Shown here: positions 44,076 to 54,346 of the stretch, one piece after another | How positions within the stretch are numbered: position 1 is the stretch's first letter | Layout: the number at the start of each line of letters is the position of its first letter | NCBI GenBank assembly: GCA_963664435.2 | Contig: CAXXKM010000003.1 | Location: forward strand, 1,280,001 to 1,344,000 | Source: Longimicrobiales bacterium | GTDB taxonomy: Bacteria; Gemmatimonadota; Gemmatimonadetes; Longimicrobiales; Gaopeijiaceae | Reading direction: 5' to 3' | DNA length: 64,000 nt | Notes under the pieces: generated by a model | What the model was told of the DNA's origin: nothing | Databases searched by the model: none | What the model saw: the letters and a program-made list of their open reading frames with translations, nothing else | Made by a program: the position numbers and the translations under genes

Positions 44076-45638
44076 TCAGAGCCTCAGCGCGATGGCGGTG
44101 CGGTCGTCGGCGGGAATGGCGCGCGTCGGTTTGGCGGCGAGCCGGAAGAGCGAGTCCACGATGGCGACCGGGCCACGGTCGACCTGCTTTCGCGCCTCCG
44201 CCAGCACTGCCTCCTCGCCGCTGCGCGATCCGCTTGTGGCCAGCGAGTCCGAGAGGCCGTCGGTAAACAGAAACAACAGATCCTCGCCCGCGACCCAGGG
44301 AACGCTGACCTCGGAATACGAGCCCGGTCCGGCGATCCCGACCGGCGGGTCGGTGGCCGCCAGCCGCCGCTCCTTCCTGCCCGGCCGGAAAGCGAACGCG
44401 TGAGGGTGGCCCGCATTGGAGTACACCAGCTCGCCGGCGGCCGGATCCAGCACGCCGCAGAACAGGGTGAGGTACATCTCGGTGGTCTCGAGCTCGTCGC
44501 GCAGCGCGTCGTCCACGTGGCGGAGGACCTCGGCCGGACTCTCCGTTTCGCCCGCGAAGATGGACGCGGCCGACAGGGCGAGCGCCATGATGAGCGCGGC
44601 CGGAAAGCCGTGACTCGACACATCGCCGATCATGACGCCGAGCCGGCCTCCCGAAAGCTTGATGAAGTGGTAGAAGTCGCCCCCCACCTGTTCCGCGGGC
44701 TCGACGCGCGCCGCCACCTGGCTCAGACCCAGCTGATCGACCGGCTGAAGCAGTCGCATCTGAAGGTTGTGGGCCAGCTCCATCTCGTGCGCCATCCGGT
44801 CGCGTGCCCGGCTCTCGCGGAAGAGTCGATGATTCTCCAGCGCCGCGCCGATCTGACTGGCTATGGCGGTCAGCAGCTTGCGGTCCCCGGTCGAGAACGT
44901 GCCCCTCCTCCTGCGCCCGAACAGGTTGATGACGCCGACCGTGCGCGCCTTTCCCTCCTGCGGGGCATACTGGATGGGCACCGAAAGGGCCGATTCGGAA
45001 CGCAGGTTGGGGGCGATCGCGGGGTGCGTGCTGTCGCCGCCCGTGCTGATGATCGCCTCACGTTCCCGGAACACGCGCGCGGTCAGCATGTCCCCGGCGG
45101 GATCGAGCGGCCCGTCCAGTCCGGCGATTCCCTCGGCGGCGACCTGATGCAGCAGTCCGTCCCCGGCGTCGTAGACCCACAGCGAGCCGCGGCGGGCGCC
45201 CAGGACGTCGCACACTTCGTTGAGGATGATGCGCGCGGCTTCGCCCAGCTCCAGGATCGAGCCCAGGATTTCGCTGATCGTGTAGAGCAGGTTGATTTCT
45301 TCGTAACGCGCGGACAACTCGCCACTGAGGAAGCTGATTTCCTGCTCGGCGTCGAGAACCCGCACGAGCTGCGAGCAGAGCAGGTCCGCGGCCGGCGCCA
45401 GGGACGGGTCCGCGGGCAGCACCGCCAGCTCCAGGCTGCGGCCCTCGCGGGTGCTCAGTCGGCGCGTCAGGGCCACGTCCCGCTCGCTCGCCGAAAGGGC
45501 GGAGGCGGTCTCCTCCGGATACAGGGAGCGGCCGGAGACCAGATCGCGCACGCCCAGGCGCCACGGAAAGCTCCCGGCAAACTCGTCCAGCATTGCGCGG
45601 GCCGGCCGCGGCAGCCGCGGAGCGCCGGTCCCGCTCAT
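44076..45638 (-). CDS. GAF + SpoIIE/PP2C phosphatase (RsbU-like)
   Basis: GAF domain, then VGGDFY, GDVSSHG, NAGHP, FTDG, DDRT. Confidence 0.9.
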   Translation of the reverse strand: MSGTGAPRLPRPARAMLDEFAGSFPWRLGVRDLVSGRSLYPEETASALSASERDVALTRRLSTREGRSLELAVLPADPSLAPAADLLCSQLVRVLDAEQEISFLSGELSARYEEINLLYTISEILGSILELGEAARIILNEVCDVLGARRGSLWVYDAGDGLLHQVAAEGIAGLDGPLDPAGDMLTARVFREREAIISTGGDSTHPAIAPNLRSESALSVPIQYAPQEGKARTVGVINLFGRRRRGTFSTGDRKLLTAIASQIGAALENHRLFRESRARDRMAHEMELAHNLQMRLLQPVDQLGLSQVAARVEPAEQVGGDFYHFIKLSGGRLGVMIGDVSSHGFPAALIMALALSAASIFAGETESPAEVLRHVDDALRDELETTEMYLTLFCGVLDPAAGELVYSNAGHPHAFAFRPGRKERRLAATDPPVGIAGPGSYSEVSVPWVAGEDLLFLFTDGLSDSLATSGSRSGEEAVLAEARKQVDRGPVAIVDSLFRLAAKPTRAIPADDRTAIALRL

Positions 45639-46066
45639 TCGCGTCGTACCGGATCGCGTCTCAGCAGCAGGGTGACGGAGTTGCCCCGGTCGTTGAAGGA
45701 CACCTCGTCCAGCAGTCTGCGCATCAGGAAGATTCCGCGTCCGTCGGGCTTCAGAAGGCTCTCCGGAGTGGTCGGGTCCGGGACGTGCTCGTAGTCGAAG
45801 CCCGGTCCCTCATCCGTCACCCTGGTGATGATGGCCTGCGCCGTGATCGTCAGCTCCACGCGCACGCGCTTCGATCGGTCGGCGCCGTTCCCATACAGCA
45901 TCGCGTTGGAGAGCGCTTCCGAAAGCGCCACCCGAAGATTCATGCGGACACGGCTGGCCCTGCGCTCGAGCTCGATGATGCGATGGCAGCGGGCCACCAC
46001 CTTCTCGACGGCGTCCTCGATGCGGAGGACGTCGCTCGGGAGGTGAAAGATCAGCTCCGGATCCAT
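45635..46066 (-). CDS. Anti-sigma factor/Ser kinase (RsbW-like HATPase)
   Basis: EALSNA, DEGPGFD, GRGIFLM. Confidence 0.88.
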   Translation of the reverse strand: MDPELIFHLPSDVLRIEDAVEKVVARCHRIIELERRASRVRMNLRVALSEALSNAMLYGNGADRSKRVRVELTITAQAIITRVTDEGPGFDYEHVPDPTTPESLLKPDGRGIFLMRRLLDEVSFNDRGNSVTLLLRRDPVRRE

Positions 46067-46104
46067 GGGCTGCCGCTGGGCATGGAGCCCCCCTCGGACG
46101 AAAC

Positions 46105-46437
46105 TCAGCTGTCCCGGAGGCCCTCTTCGCGGGAATCCACGATGGTGAACAGCGTGTCGAGCTTGGTGAGCTGAAAGAGGGTGCGCAGGTCTTCGTTGAG
46201 CGCGGCCAGCCGGAGTTCCCCGCCCTGCTCACGCACCTTCTTGGACAGGGACACCAGCACCCCCAGCCCGGAAGAGTCGATGTAGCCGGTCTCGGCAAAG
46301 TCGACCAGGAACTCGCGGTCTCCCGTCCGCAGCCGCTCGAGCACGACGTGCTTGAGTTCCTGGCGGTTGGCTACGATGAGATGGCCGGTTACGCTGATGA
46401 CGGTGATCGCACCGGATTGTTCTACGATAAAGGGCAT
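46105..46437 (-). CDS. STAS anti-anti-sigma factor (RsbV-like)
   Basis: YIDSSGLGVL with the phospho-acceptor Ser; LFQLTKLD. Confidence 0.9.
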   Translation of the reverse strand: MPFIVEQSGAITVISVTGHLIVANRQELKHVVLERLRTGDREFLVDFAETGYIDSSGLGVLVSLSKKVREQGGELRLAALNEDLRTLFQLTKLDTLFTIVDSREEGLRDS

Positions 46438-46513
46438 GCCGGGCTCCGCGTTTTTCTGATGGAATCCGCGCTGGATCCGCCGACGGCGTGGACGGTCGGG
46501 CGAAGTGCGGGGC

Positions 46514-46543
46514 AGTTTACATGCAGCCCGCGGGGGCAGGCAA
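46514..46543 (-). promoter_or_regulatory. Candidate sigma70 promoter upstream of the STAS gene
   Basis: Minus strand TTGCCT-18 bp-TAAACT in the coaD-STAS intergenic gap. Confidence 0.35.
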
Positions 46544-46570
46544 GGAGCCTCGCGCGGCAAACCGGCGCCA

Positions 46571-47089
46571 TCAACCCTCCCTCCCCCCCCGGTTCTCGAG
46601 TCTCCGGCGGATCCCGCGGGCCACAAGGGGCGAGACGAACCTGGAGATATCCCCGCCCAGGACGGCCACTTCGCGAACCAGAGAGGAGGACAGGAACGCG
46701 TAGGACACGTCCGGCATGAGGAAGAGGGTCTCGGCGCCCGGCCACAGCTGCCGATTCATCTGGGCCATCTGGAATTCGTACTCGAAGTCCGACACCGCCC
46801 GAAGGCCGCGAATCATGAAGCGCGCGCCCCGGTCGCCGGCGAAGTCCACCAGCAGGCCCTCGAAGGAAGTGCATTCCACCCGCGCCTCCTCCCGAAACAC
46901 CTCCTGCAGGAGACGTACCCGTTCCTCGACGCCGAACAACTGGCGCTTCGACTGGGTCGAGCTGTGCGCCACCGCGACGATGACCCGGTCGGCCACGCAC
47001 AGCGTGCGCCGGACGATGTCCTCATGCCCCAGCGTGACGGGATCGAAGGACCCCGGATAGATGGCGACCAGATCCCTGGCACTGCTCAT
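46571..47089 (-). CDS. coaD: Pantetheine-phosphate adenylyltransferase
   Basis: YPGSFDP.T.GH, RGLRAVSDFEYE, SSSLVRE. Confidence 0.95.
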   Translation of the reverse strand: MSSARDLVAIYPGSFDPVTLGHEDIVRRTLCVADRVIVAVAHSSTQSKRQLFGVEERVRLLQEVFREEARVECTSFEGLLVDFAGDRGARFMIRGLRAVSDFEYEFQMAQMNRQLWPGAETLFLMPDVSYAFLSSSLVREVAVLGGDISRFVSPLVARGIRRRLENRGGREG

Positions 47090-47619
47090 GCGTCCGCCTC
47101 CGCAATGGTCAGCGTGGTGTCTCCGTACACTCGTTGCCGCAGCCGAAGCCCCGGACAACCCGGCAACTCCTCCCGGGAACGATGCTCCACCCAAAGAGCG
47201 CCCGCAAACGGCCGCTCGCCATAGAGGTCGAGGAGGCGCCCCGCCAGACGGCGACCGTAGGGAGGATCGGCCAACGCCAGATCGACCTCGTCCCGCCGCA
47301 TGCGCTTCGTATACGCCAGAGCGTCGGCCCGCACCACGCGGGTGACGGCGTCCGCGCCCAGCAGCTCGATGTTGGCCCGAAGCACCCGGAGCGCGCCGCG
47401 CGAGAGCTCCACGAAGGTCACGTGGCCGGCGCCCCGGCTCAACGCTTCGAGCCCGAGCGCGCCCGAGCCCGCGAACAGATCCACCACCGCAGCCCCTTCC
47501 ACATCGGCGCCGAGCGCGGCCATCCATGCCTCGCGCACGCGGTCGGAGGTCGGGCGCACGCCCCGGCCGCGCGGCGGCTTCAGCCGGTGTCCGCGCCAGC
47601 GCCCGGCGATGATTCTCAC
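47086..47619 (-). CDS. rsmD: 16S rRNA (guanine966-N2) methyltransferase
   Basis: MRIIAG, RPTSDRVRE, DLFAGSG, EALSRG, DPPY, YGDT. Confidence 0.93.
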   Translation of the reverse strand: MRIIAGRWRGHRLKPPRGRGVRPTSDRVREAWMAALGADVEGAAVVDLFAGSGALGLEALSRGAGHVTFVELSRGALRVLRANIELLGADAVTRVVRADALAYTKRMRRDEVDLALADPPYGRRLAGRLLDLYGERPFAGALWVEHRSREELPGCPGLRLRQRVYGDTTLTIAEADA

Positions 47620-49400
47620 GGCGCGGACTCGGCCGGCGCGCGCGCCGGGGTCGCGGGACGGGACCGGGGCGGGCCGATGTCCGCGAGTTCGGCCTGGATG
47701 AGCGGGACCCCGCGGTAGTTGTCCCGTTTGAGCCGGAACACCGCGTCGACCGGTTCGGGAACCAGCGTCGCGGGCTCGACTCGACCGGCCAACCCGAAAC
47801 CGATCGCATTGAGCGCCGCCGTGCGATCGCGCAGGCGCATCTTGAGGTGGCCGCCCTTCAGCACCTTCACCGGTCCGTCCACCGTGACCCCGCGCGCCAG
47901 GAAGAGGGGGCGCGGGTTGCCCATGCCGTGCGGCCCCATGTGCCGCAGGTAACGCACCAGCGGTTCCGTCACCTCCTCCAGGCGGATGACCGTGTCGGCG
48001 ACCAGGCGCGGCCGCAGATCGCGATCCGCCAGCTCCTGCCCGGCGGCCTCGTTGAACGACGCCCGGAAGGCATCGATGCGTTGCGGCGCGAGGCTCATCC
48101 CCGCCGCCTGCCGGTGTCCGCCGAAACGGTCGAGATGACGGCGGCCCCTGGTGATGGCGGCGAGGACGTCGAAGCCGGGGATGGAGCGGGCGCTCCCGCG
48201 GGCGGTGTCGCCGTCCACCGAGACCAGGACGGTCGGCCGGTGCAGCCGGTCCACCAGCCGGGAGGCCACGATGCCGATCACGCCCGGGTGCCAGTCGCGC
48301 GACGCCAGCACCAGTCCGTAGTCGCGCGCGGGATCATAGGATGGGGCCAGCCGGGCCAGCGCCTCCTGGAGGACGCGCGCCTCCGTCTGTCTGCGCTCGG
48401 CATTGTACGACTCCAGCGCACGCGCCAGGCGGGCGGCCTCGCCCTGGTTGTCGGTGAGCAGGAGGTCGAGCGCGAGGCGCGCCTCCCCCACCCGTCCCGC
48501 CGCATTGATGCGGGGCGCCAGGGTGAAGCCGACCTGGCCGGGGGTGACCGGGCCGCGGACCCGCGCCACCTGCATGAGGGCGCGCAGGCCGGCGTTGTCC
48601 GTGTCGGGCAGGGCGTCCAGGCCGTGACGCACGAGGACGCGGTTGTAGCGCGAGAGGGTCACCACATCGGCGATGGTTGCGAGCGCGACAAGCTCCACGT
48701 GCGGGAGCGGCCCGATGGCGGGCGATCCGGTCATGCGGCCCAGCAGGCGCGCGAGTTCGAACACCACGCCGGTCCCCGAGAGGTCCTGGTTCGGGTAGCT
48801 GCAGTCCTCCCGGCGCGGGTTCACCAGCGCGAACGCGCGCGGAAGGGTCTGGTCGGGGGTGTGATGATCGGTGACGATGACGTCCACGGAGGCCCGCCGT
48901 GCCTCCTCCAGCGCGCCGTGGGCGCGTGTCCCCGAATCCGCGGTCACCAGCAGGGTCGCACCGGCGGCGCGCGCGGCCTCGATCCCTGCAGGGCCGAAGT
49001 CGTACCCGTCGCGCAGGCGATGGGGCACGAAGGGGACCACCCTTCCCCCGAGCGAGCGCAGACAGCGCGTCAGCAACGCCGCGCCCGCGATGCCGTCGAC
49101 GTCGTAGTCGCCGTGCACCAGGATGGTTTCGCCCCGTTCGACCGCCCGCAGCATGCGCCGGCACGCGGGCACGGCATCGGCGAGCAGGGCCGGATCGGGC
49201 AGTCCCTCCAGCGCCGGCCGAAGGTAGGAGCGGGCCGCGGCGGGCTGGCCGAATCCGCGTACCGCCAGCACGACGCACATCGCCCGGGGAAGGTTGAGCT
49301 GCCTGCGCAGGGCTGCGACCTGGCGCGCGGGAGGCGTGGGGGCAACGCTCCAGCGGGGCGCGGGAGCCGGCGGAAGCACCCCGAGCTCCGGCGCGTTCAC
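47616..49400 (-). CDS. recJ: ssDNA exonuclease RecJ
   Basis: GDYDVDG, TDHH, ATIADV, PRINAAGR, GSARS, FGGH..AAG. Confidence 0.95.
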   Translation of the reverse strand: MNAPELGVLPPAPAPRWSVAPTPPARQVAALRRQLNLPRAMCVVLAVRGFGQPAAARSYLRPALEGLPDPALLADAVPACRRMLRAVERGETILVHGDYDVDGIAGAALLTRCLRSLGGRVVPFVPHRLRDGYDFGPAGIEAARAAGATLLVTADSGTRAHGALEEARRASVDVIVTDHHTPDQTLPRAFALVNPRREDCSYPNQDLSGTGVVFELARLLGRMTGSPAIGPLPHVELVALATIADVVTLSRYNRVLVRHGLDALPDTDNAGLRALMQVARVRGPVTPGQVGFTLAPRINAAGRVGEARLALDLLLTDNQGEAARLARALESYNAERRQTEARVLQEALARLAPSYDPARDYGLVLASRDWHPGVIGIVASRLVDRLHRPTVLVSVDGDTARGSARSIPGFDVLAAITRGRRHLDRFGGHRQAAGMSLAPQRIDAFRASFNEAAGQELADRDLRPRLVADTVIRLEEVTEPLVRYLRHMGPHGMGNPRPLFLARGVTVDGPVKVLKGGHLKMRLRDRTAALNAIGFGLAGRVEPATLVPEPVDAVFRLKRDNYRGVPLIQAELADIGPPRSRPATPARAPAESAP

Positions 49401-49446
49401 GCTAGCATCGCCGTTCGAATGCCGGGAGGACCTGATCCACGGGCTG

Positions 49447-50157
49447 CTATTCGCCGTCGCGGGGGGCGAAGATGATGCCGCAGGCCTCGCAGCGGCGCAG
49501 GCTGCCTCCGGCCCTCACCTCCGCCTGCATCTGGAGCGGGACCATCGAAAAACAGCGCCCGCACGCCCCATCCGCGGTTATGGCCATCACGATGGCTCCC
49601 TTCCGGCTGGATCGCAGGCCCTCGTACACCTCCCGCTCGTGGCGATCGAGGCCGACGGCGCAGGCTTCGCGGCGGATCTGCAGCGAAGCGAGCGCGCTCT
49701 CCGCGTCCTCCCGCTCCTGCTCGATCTCCCGCCTCCGGGGTCCGGCCCTTTCCCGCTCGTCCGCCAGCTCCCGCTCCAGCTTGTCGGCCTCCTCCTCCAG
49801 CTTGCGGATCTGGTCCAGATAGGTCAGGGCTTCCTGCTCGTCTCCGTCGACGGAACGATTCAGAAGATCCATTTCCGCCCGCACCGCCGCCTCCTGGCGG
49901 AGGTTGTGCACCTTCAGAAGCCGATCCCGCAGCATCCTCAACCGATTCCGCTTCTCCTCGGCCGTCCGCTCGAGCCTGCGCTCCGCGACGCTCAACTCCC
50001 TGAGCCGGGTGCGGGCCCGCTCGATCCTGGCTGCCAGTTTGCGCTGGTGTGATTCCAACTCCTCCAGAAGCGGGGCGAATCCCTCGACACGAGAGGCAGC
50101 GCGGTCGATTTCCGCGTCGATCTTCTGTAGCTCCAGCAACGATGCGTAGGTCGGCAC
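49447..50157 (-). CDS. Coiled-coil C4 zinc-ribbon protein (CT398/DUF164-like)
   Basis: LLELQKID, long coiled coil, CGRC...CEACG. Confidence 0.85.
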   Translation of the reverse strand: MPTYASLLELQKIDAEIDRAASRVEGFAPLLEELESHQRKLAARIERARTRLRELSVAERRLERTAEEKRNRLRMLRDRLLKVHNLRQEAAVRAEMDLLNRSVDGDEQEALTYLDQIRKLEEEADKLERELADERERAGPRRREIEQEREDAESALASLQIRREACAVGLDRHEREVYEGLRSSRKGAIVMAITADGACGRCFSMVPLQMQAEVRAGGSLRRCEACGIIFAPRDGE

Positions 50158-50159
50158 GG

Positions 50160-51983
50160 CTATGGTCTCTCCTCGGTAGATACGGTGCCCTCGCCGGGAC
50201 CCGGACGATGCCGGACTGCCGGGGTCCAGTGGGATGGGTCGATTTCGCGCTTCTTCCTTTGCAGCTCCTCCAGTTCGGAGATCAGTTGCCGCTTCCGCTC
50301 CGGATCCAGCTCCCGGGCGATCGTCGCCCTCAGCTCGCGCGCCCGCTCCGCCAGCGGCGCGCCACGCAGCCTGCGCGCGGAGTCGTCGAGCACGCGAGCC
50401 GCATGACCGGTTTCTTCGCTGCTGGCAAGCAGGCCCGCAAGGCGACCGGCAGCAACCGCCTCCATTCCCTCTGGGGCTCGATCCAATTCCGGGTCCTCCG
50501 TCAGCGCCCGGAATATGGCGCGGTTGGCCGGGTCGACAAAGTCCTCCGGGCCCACGGCCTCGCTCGCGCGGTCGATGAGCCGGCGGTCGTTGAGGAGCAC
50601 CTGGAGGAGCTGGCGCTCAGCGCCCATGATCGGCTTCCGCACCCGCCGCACCCGGGGCTTCGGAGTCGCCGCCATCCCGGCGCCCTCGGCCGAGGCGGCG
50701 GGCGCCCGCGCGATCTCCTCCTCCAACGTCTCCCGCCGCACGCCGGTTTCCGCCGCCACCCTGGAGATGTAGATGTCGCGCAGCGCCGGGTCCCGGGTCG
50801 CCCGCAGGGTCGGGAGCAGCCGGTCCACGGCGTCCCGGATGCCGTCGATCGAGGACAAGCGGTCGCGGGTGGCCAGAATCTGCAGCTTCCGGTCGAGCAC
50901 GTCGACCGCATCCGACACGTACCGCAGCAGCGCCTCCCGGCCCTCATGGCGCGCGACCGAATCCGGATCCTCGCCCGGAGGCAGAGTCACCACGGAGGGG
51001 TGGATCCCGGCGCCCAGCAGAATGTCGGCCGCGCGGAAGGTGGCCCTCAGCCCGGCCATGTCGCTGTCGTACAGGAGAAAGGCCCGGGACGCAAAGCGGG
51101 CCAGCAATCGGGCCTGCACCGAGGTCAGCGCGGTTCCGAGGGAGGCGACGACGTTGGCAACCTCGTGCGCCACCAGCGAAACGACGTCGGTGTAGCCCTC
51201 CACCAGCAGCACCGCCCCCTCTTTCCGGATCTCGTGCCGCGCCCGATTGAGCCCGTACAGTTCCTCGCCCTTGTGGTAGACCGGGGTTTCCGGAGAGTTG
51301 AGGTACTTGGCTCCCTTCCCCTGCCCGAACAGCCTGCCCCCGAAGGCAATGACCTTCCCCGTCAGCCCCTCGATGGGGAAGACGATGCGGCTTCGGAACC
51401 GGTCGTAGGGCTCCTCGGAGCGCTCGCTGGTGGTCACCAGGCCGGCGTCCAGGAGGATGGCGTCGTCGATGCCGTGACGCGCGGCGGCGGTGCGCAGGCC
51501 GCGCCATTCGTCCGGAGCGAAGCCGATGCCGAAGCGCTCGGCGGTCTCCGCGTCGATGCCCCGGTCCCTCAGGTAGTCCCGGGCGAGCCGGCCGGCTTCC
51601 TCGTCGCCAAGCTGCTCCCGGTAGTACTCGCGCGCGAAGGCGTTGGCCTCGTACAGGGGCCGGTTGGGGTCCTGGTATTCCGGCCGCCGCTTCACTTCGC
51701 GCACCGCGACCCCCGCCTTGCGGCCCGCGTACTTGACCGCCTCCGTGAAGTCGAGCCCCATTCGCTTCATGACGAACGAAAAGAGGTCGCCGGATTCCCC
51801 GCAGCCGAAGCACTTGTAGAAGCCCTTGGCGGGCACCACGTAGAAGCTCGGCGTCTTTTCCTCGTGGAAGGGACAGAGCGCGCGGTAGTCCTTGCCGGCC
51901 CTCTTGAGCGGGACGTGTTCGCCGATCACGGCGACGATGTCGGAGCGCGCCCGCACCTCCTCGACCTGGTCGTCGGGAATCAC
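50160..51983 (-). CDS. dnaG: DNA primase
   Basis: CPFHEEKTPSF, CFGCG, FGGR, KYLNSPET, VEGY.D, YDSD.AG. Confidence 0.96.
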   Translation of the reverse strand: MIPDDQVEEVRARSDIVAVIGEHVPLKRAGKDYRALCPFHEEKTPSFYVVPAKGFYKCFGCGESGDLFSFVMKRMGLDFTEAVKYAGRKAGVAVREVKRRPEYQDPNRPLYEANAFAREYYREQLGDEEAGRLARDYLRDRGIDAETAERFGIGFAPDEWRGLRTAAARHGIDDAILLDAGLVTTSERSEEPYDRFRSRIVFPIEGLTGKVIAFGGRLFGQGKGAKYLNSPETPVYHKGEELYGLNRARHEIRKEGAVLLVEGYTDVVSLVAHEVANVVASLGTALTSVQARLLARFASRAFLLYDSDMAGLRATFRAADILLGAGIHPSVVTLPPGEDPDSVARHEGREALLRYVSDAVDVLDRKLQILATRDRLSSIDGIRDAVDRLLPTLRATRDPALRDIYISRVAAETGVRRETLEEEIARAPAASAEGAGMAATPKPRVRRVRKPIMGAERQLLQVLLNDRRLIDRASEAVGPEDFVDPANRAIFRALTEDPELDRAPEGMEAVAAGRLAGLLASSEETGHAARVLDDSARRLRGAPLAERARELRATIARELDPERKRQLISELEELQRKKREIDPSHWTPAVRHRPGPGEGTVSTEERP

Positions 51984-54346
51984 GCGAAGGTCACCACGGT
52001 TACGCCCGTGCCTCCCTCGCCCACGCCGCCGGAACGGTACTCCCGCACCCGCGGGTCCTCCTCCAGCAGCTCGGCGACCATGGCGCGCAGGGCGCCGGTG
52101 CCCTTCCCGTGGATGAGACGCAACTCGGGCACGTCCGCCACGACCGCCCGGTCGAGGATGTTCTGCAGACGGGCGGCCGCCTCGTCCACCCGAAGCCCGC
52201 GAAGGTCGGAGTCGAGGGGTGGCGGGTCGGTCGGAAAGAACGAACGGCCCGGCGGCCGCTTCTCCGGGCGGGGCGGGCGCGGGGCGGGCGCGAGACCCTC
52301 GAGCGGCACCTCCAGCCTGAGCCCGCCCCGGGCTTCCACGAGCGCGCGGCCGGGGCGGATCTCCACCACCGTGGCGGTCGCGCCTCCGTTCGCGAGACGC
52401 ACCGGGTCGCCGGGGCGGAGGGGGGTGGCGGGGGCGGGGCGGGGGTCGTCGGGGGACCGGCTTCGGTGGCGTTCGGCAGCCGCCTCGACCCGCCGGCGCG
52501 CGCCTCGCGCGACCTTCTTCTCCTCGCCGGCCCTGCCGGCGCGCACCTCCGCGATGGCGCCCTCGACTTCCCGGCGGGCTTCGAGCAGGATCCGGCGCGC
52601 CTCGGCGCGGGCACGGCGACCGGCCTCGCGCTCTTCGCCCGCCATCCTGCGCTCGCGAGCTTCGAGCGCGGCGCCGAGGGCGGCGTTCTTCCTCGCGCGC
52701 CCTTCCACTTCCGCCTCCCTGGCGGCGAGGGAAGCCCTGGCCCTCGCGGCATCCGCCTCCAGCAGCTCCAGGCGCTCCAGCAGCTCATCTATGCGTACCT
52801 CGTCCCGTGAGAGACGAGCCTCGGCCCCATCGATCAGCGATCTCGCAAACCCGAGCGACCGCGCGATGGCGAGCCCGTAGCTGCGCCCGGGCCTTCCCTT
52901 GCGGAAGCGATAGGTGGGCTGCGTACGCTCCGGATCGAAGTGCAGTGATCCGTTGACGATGCCGCTTCCGGGCGCGTCCAGCCTCTTCAGCTGTCCGAGG
53001 TGCGAGGTCACCACAACCCGTGCCCCTCGCTTCGCCAGGGCGTCCAGAACGGCAGCCGACAGGGCTGCCCCCTCATCCGGGTCCGTACCGGTCCCCATCT
53101 CGTCGATCAGCACCAGCGCCGTATCGCCGGCGCGCTCAAGGATGTCCTTCAGGTTGGCGAGATGGGCGGCGAACGTGGAAAGGTCGTCTTCGATCGATTG
53201 CTCGTCCCCGATGTCGGCGAAGAAACGGCGAAAAACGGGGATCCGCGTACCGGGACCCACCGGGGGAACGACGCCGCACTGCGCGAGCACGCAGATCAGC
53301 CCCACGGACTTGAGAAAGACGCTCTTGCCACCGGTGTTGGGACCCGACACCACCAGCACCCGTTCCTCCGGCTCCAGGAGCAGATCGAAGGGAACGGCCT
53401 CCACATCCTCCCGCAGCGCCAGGAGCGGATGTCGTCCCTGAACGATGCACAGCGTGTGTTGCTCCCGGGGCAGCAGGGCCGGGACGTTTCCGTTCCACGC
53501 GAGAGCCGTGCGCGCGCGGGCGTCGAGGGAATCGAAGTCGATCAGCGCTTCCTGGCTGCCGGCCAGACCGTCGCGGAGCGGGGCGAGTGCACGCGTGCAC
53601 TCCGCCAGCACGCGGTCGATCTCGCGCACCTCCGCCGATTCCAGTTCACGAACCCGGTTCATCAGTTCAATCGCCAGGGGCGGCTCGACGAAGAGGGTGG
53701 CGCCGCTCGCCGATGTGCCGTGGACCACTCCGCCGACATCGCTCCGTCCCGCCCGGCGGATGGGGATCACGTATCGCCCCTCGCGCACCGTCACGGAGGC
53801 ATCGGGCAGAACCCACCGAGCCGGGAGCGTGCGCACGTAGGATTCGAGCCTTCCGACGATGGCGCCACGGCCCCGCTTCAGCCTGGTGCGCAGGCGGGAG
53901 AGCTCCGGGCTCGCCGAATCCAGTACCTCGCCGGTCCGGTCTACGGTACGCAGAATGCGCTCCTCCAGGGTGCGATCAGCCACGAGGCGGTCGCGCAACG
54001 GGACCAGCAGGGGAAGGGGCGGATGCGCTGCAGAAAGGTCGCGCGCGAGCTCGCGACCGGACCGCAGCAGAATGCCCATCGAATGGAGCTCGGGGGGCGA
54101 GAGCACACCTCCCGCCGCGCGCAGTCGGCGCAGGGCCGCGCGGGCATCCGGAATCTCCGACAGGGATCGGGCCGCGCCGGCGAGCCGGGCGGTCTCACGC
54201 ACCCGGTCGAGTTCGCGCTGGATGATGTCCGGGCGGGTGGCCGGTCTGAGCGCGAGTACGGCATCGCGACCGGCATCGCTGGAGGCCGAGGCCGCGACGC
54301 GTGCAAGCACTTCGGGCAGCCCGAGAACTTCGAAGGCGTGTTCCAT
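51980..54346 (-). CDS. mutS2: Endonuclease MutS2 (Smr domain)
   Basis: S.SGATLFVEP, GPNTGGKS, DEMGTGTDP, C-terminal DLRG..IHGKGTG. Start approximate. Confidence 0.93.
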   Translation of the reverse strand: MEHAFEVLGLPEVLARVAASASSDAGRDAVLALRPATRPDIIQRELDRVRETARLAGAARSLSEIPDARAALRRLRAAGGVLSPPELHSMGILLRSGRELARDLSAAHPPLPLLVPLRDRLVADRTLEERILRTVDRTGEVLDSASPELSRLRTRLKRGRGAIVGRLESYVRTLPARWVLPDASVTVREGRYVIPIRRAGRSDVGGVVHGTSASGATLFVEPPLAIELMNRVRELESAEVREIDRVLAECTRALAPLRDGLAGSQEALIDFDSLDARARTALAWNGNVPALLPREQHTLCIVQGRHPLLALREDVEAVPFDLLLEPEERVLVVSGPNTGGKSVFLKSVGLICVLAQCGVVPPVGPGTRIPVFRRFFADIGDEQSIEDDLSTFAAHLANLKDILERAGDTALVLIDEMGTGTDPDEGAALSAAVLDALAKRGARVVVTSHLGQLKRLDAPGSGIVNGSLHFDPERTQPTYRFRKGRPGRSYGLAIARSLGFARSLIDGAEARLSRDEVRIDELLERLELLEADAARARASLAAREAEVEGRARKNAALGAALEARERRMAGEEREAGRRARAEARRILLEARREVEGAIAEVRAGRAGEEKKVARGARRRVEAAAERHRSRSPDDPRPAPATPLRPGDPVRLANGGATATVVEIRPGRALVEARGGLRLEVPLEGLAPAPRPPRPEKRPPGRSFFPTDPPPLDSDLRGLRVDEAAARLQNILDRAVVADVPELRLIHGKGTGALRAMVAELLEEDPRVREYRSGGVGEGGTGVTVVTFA

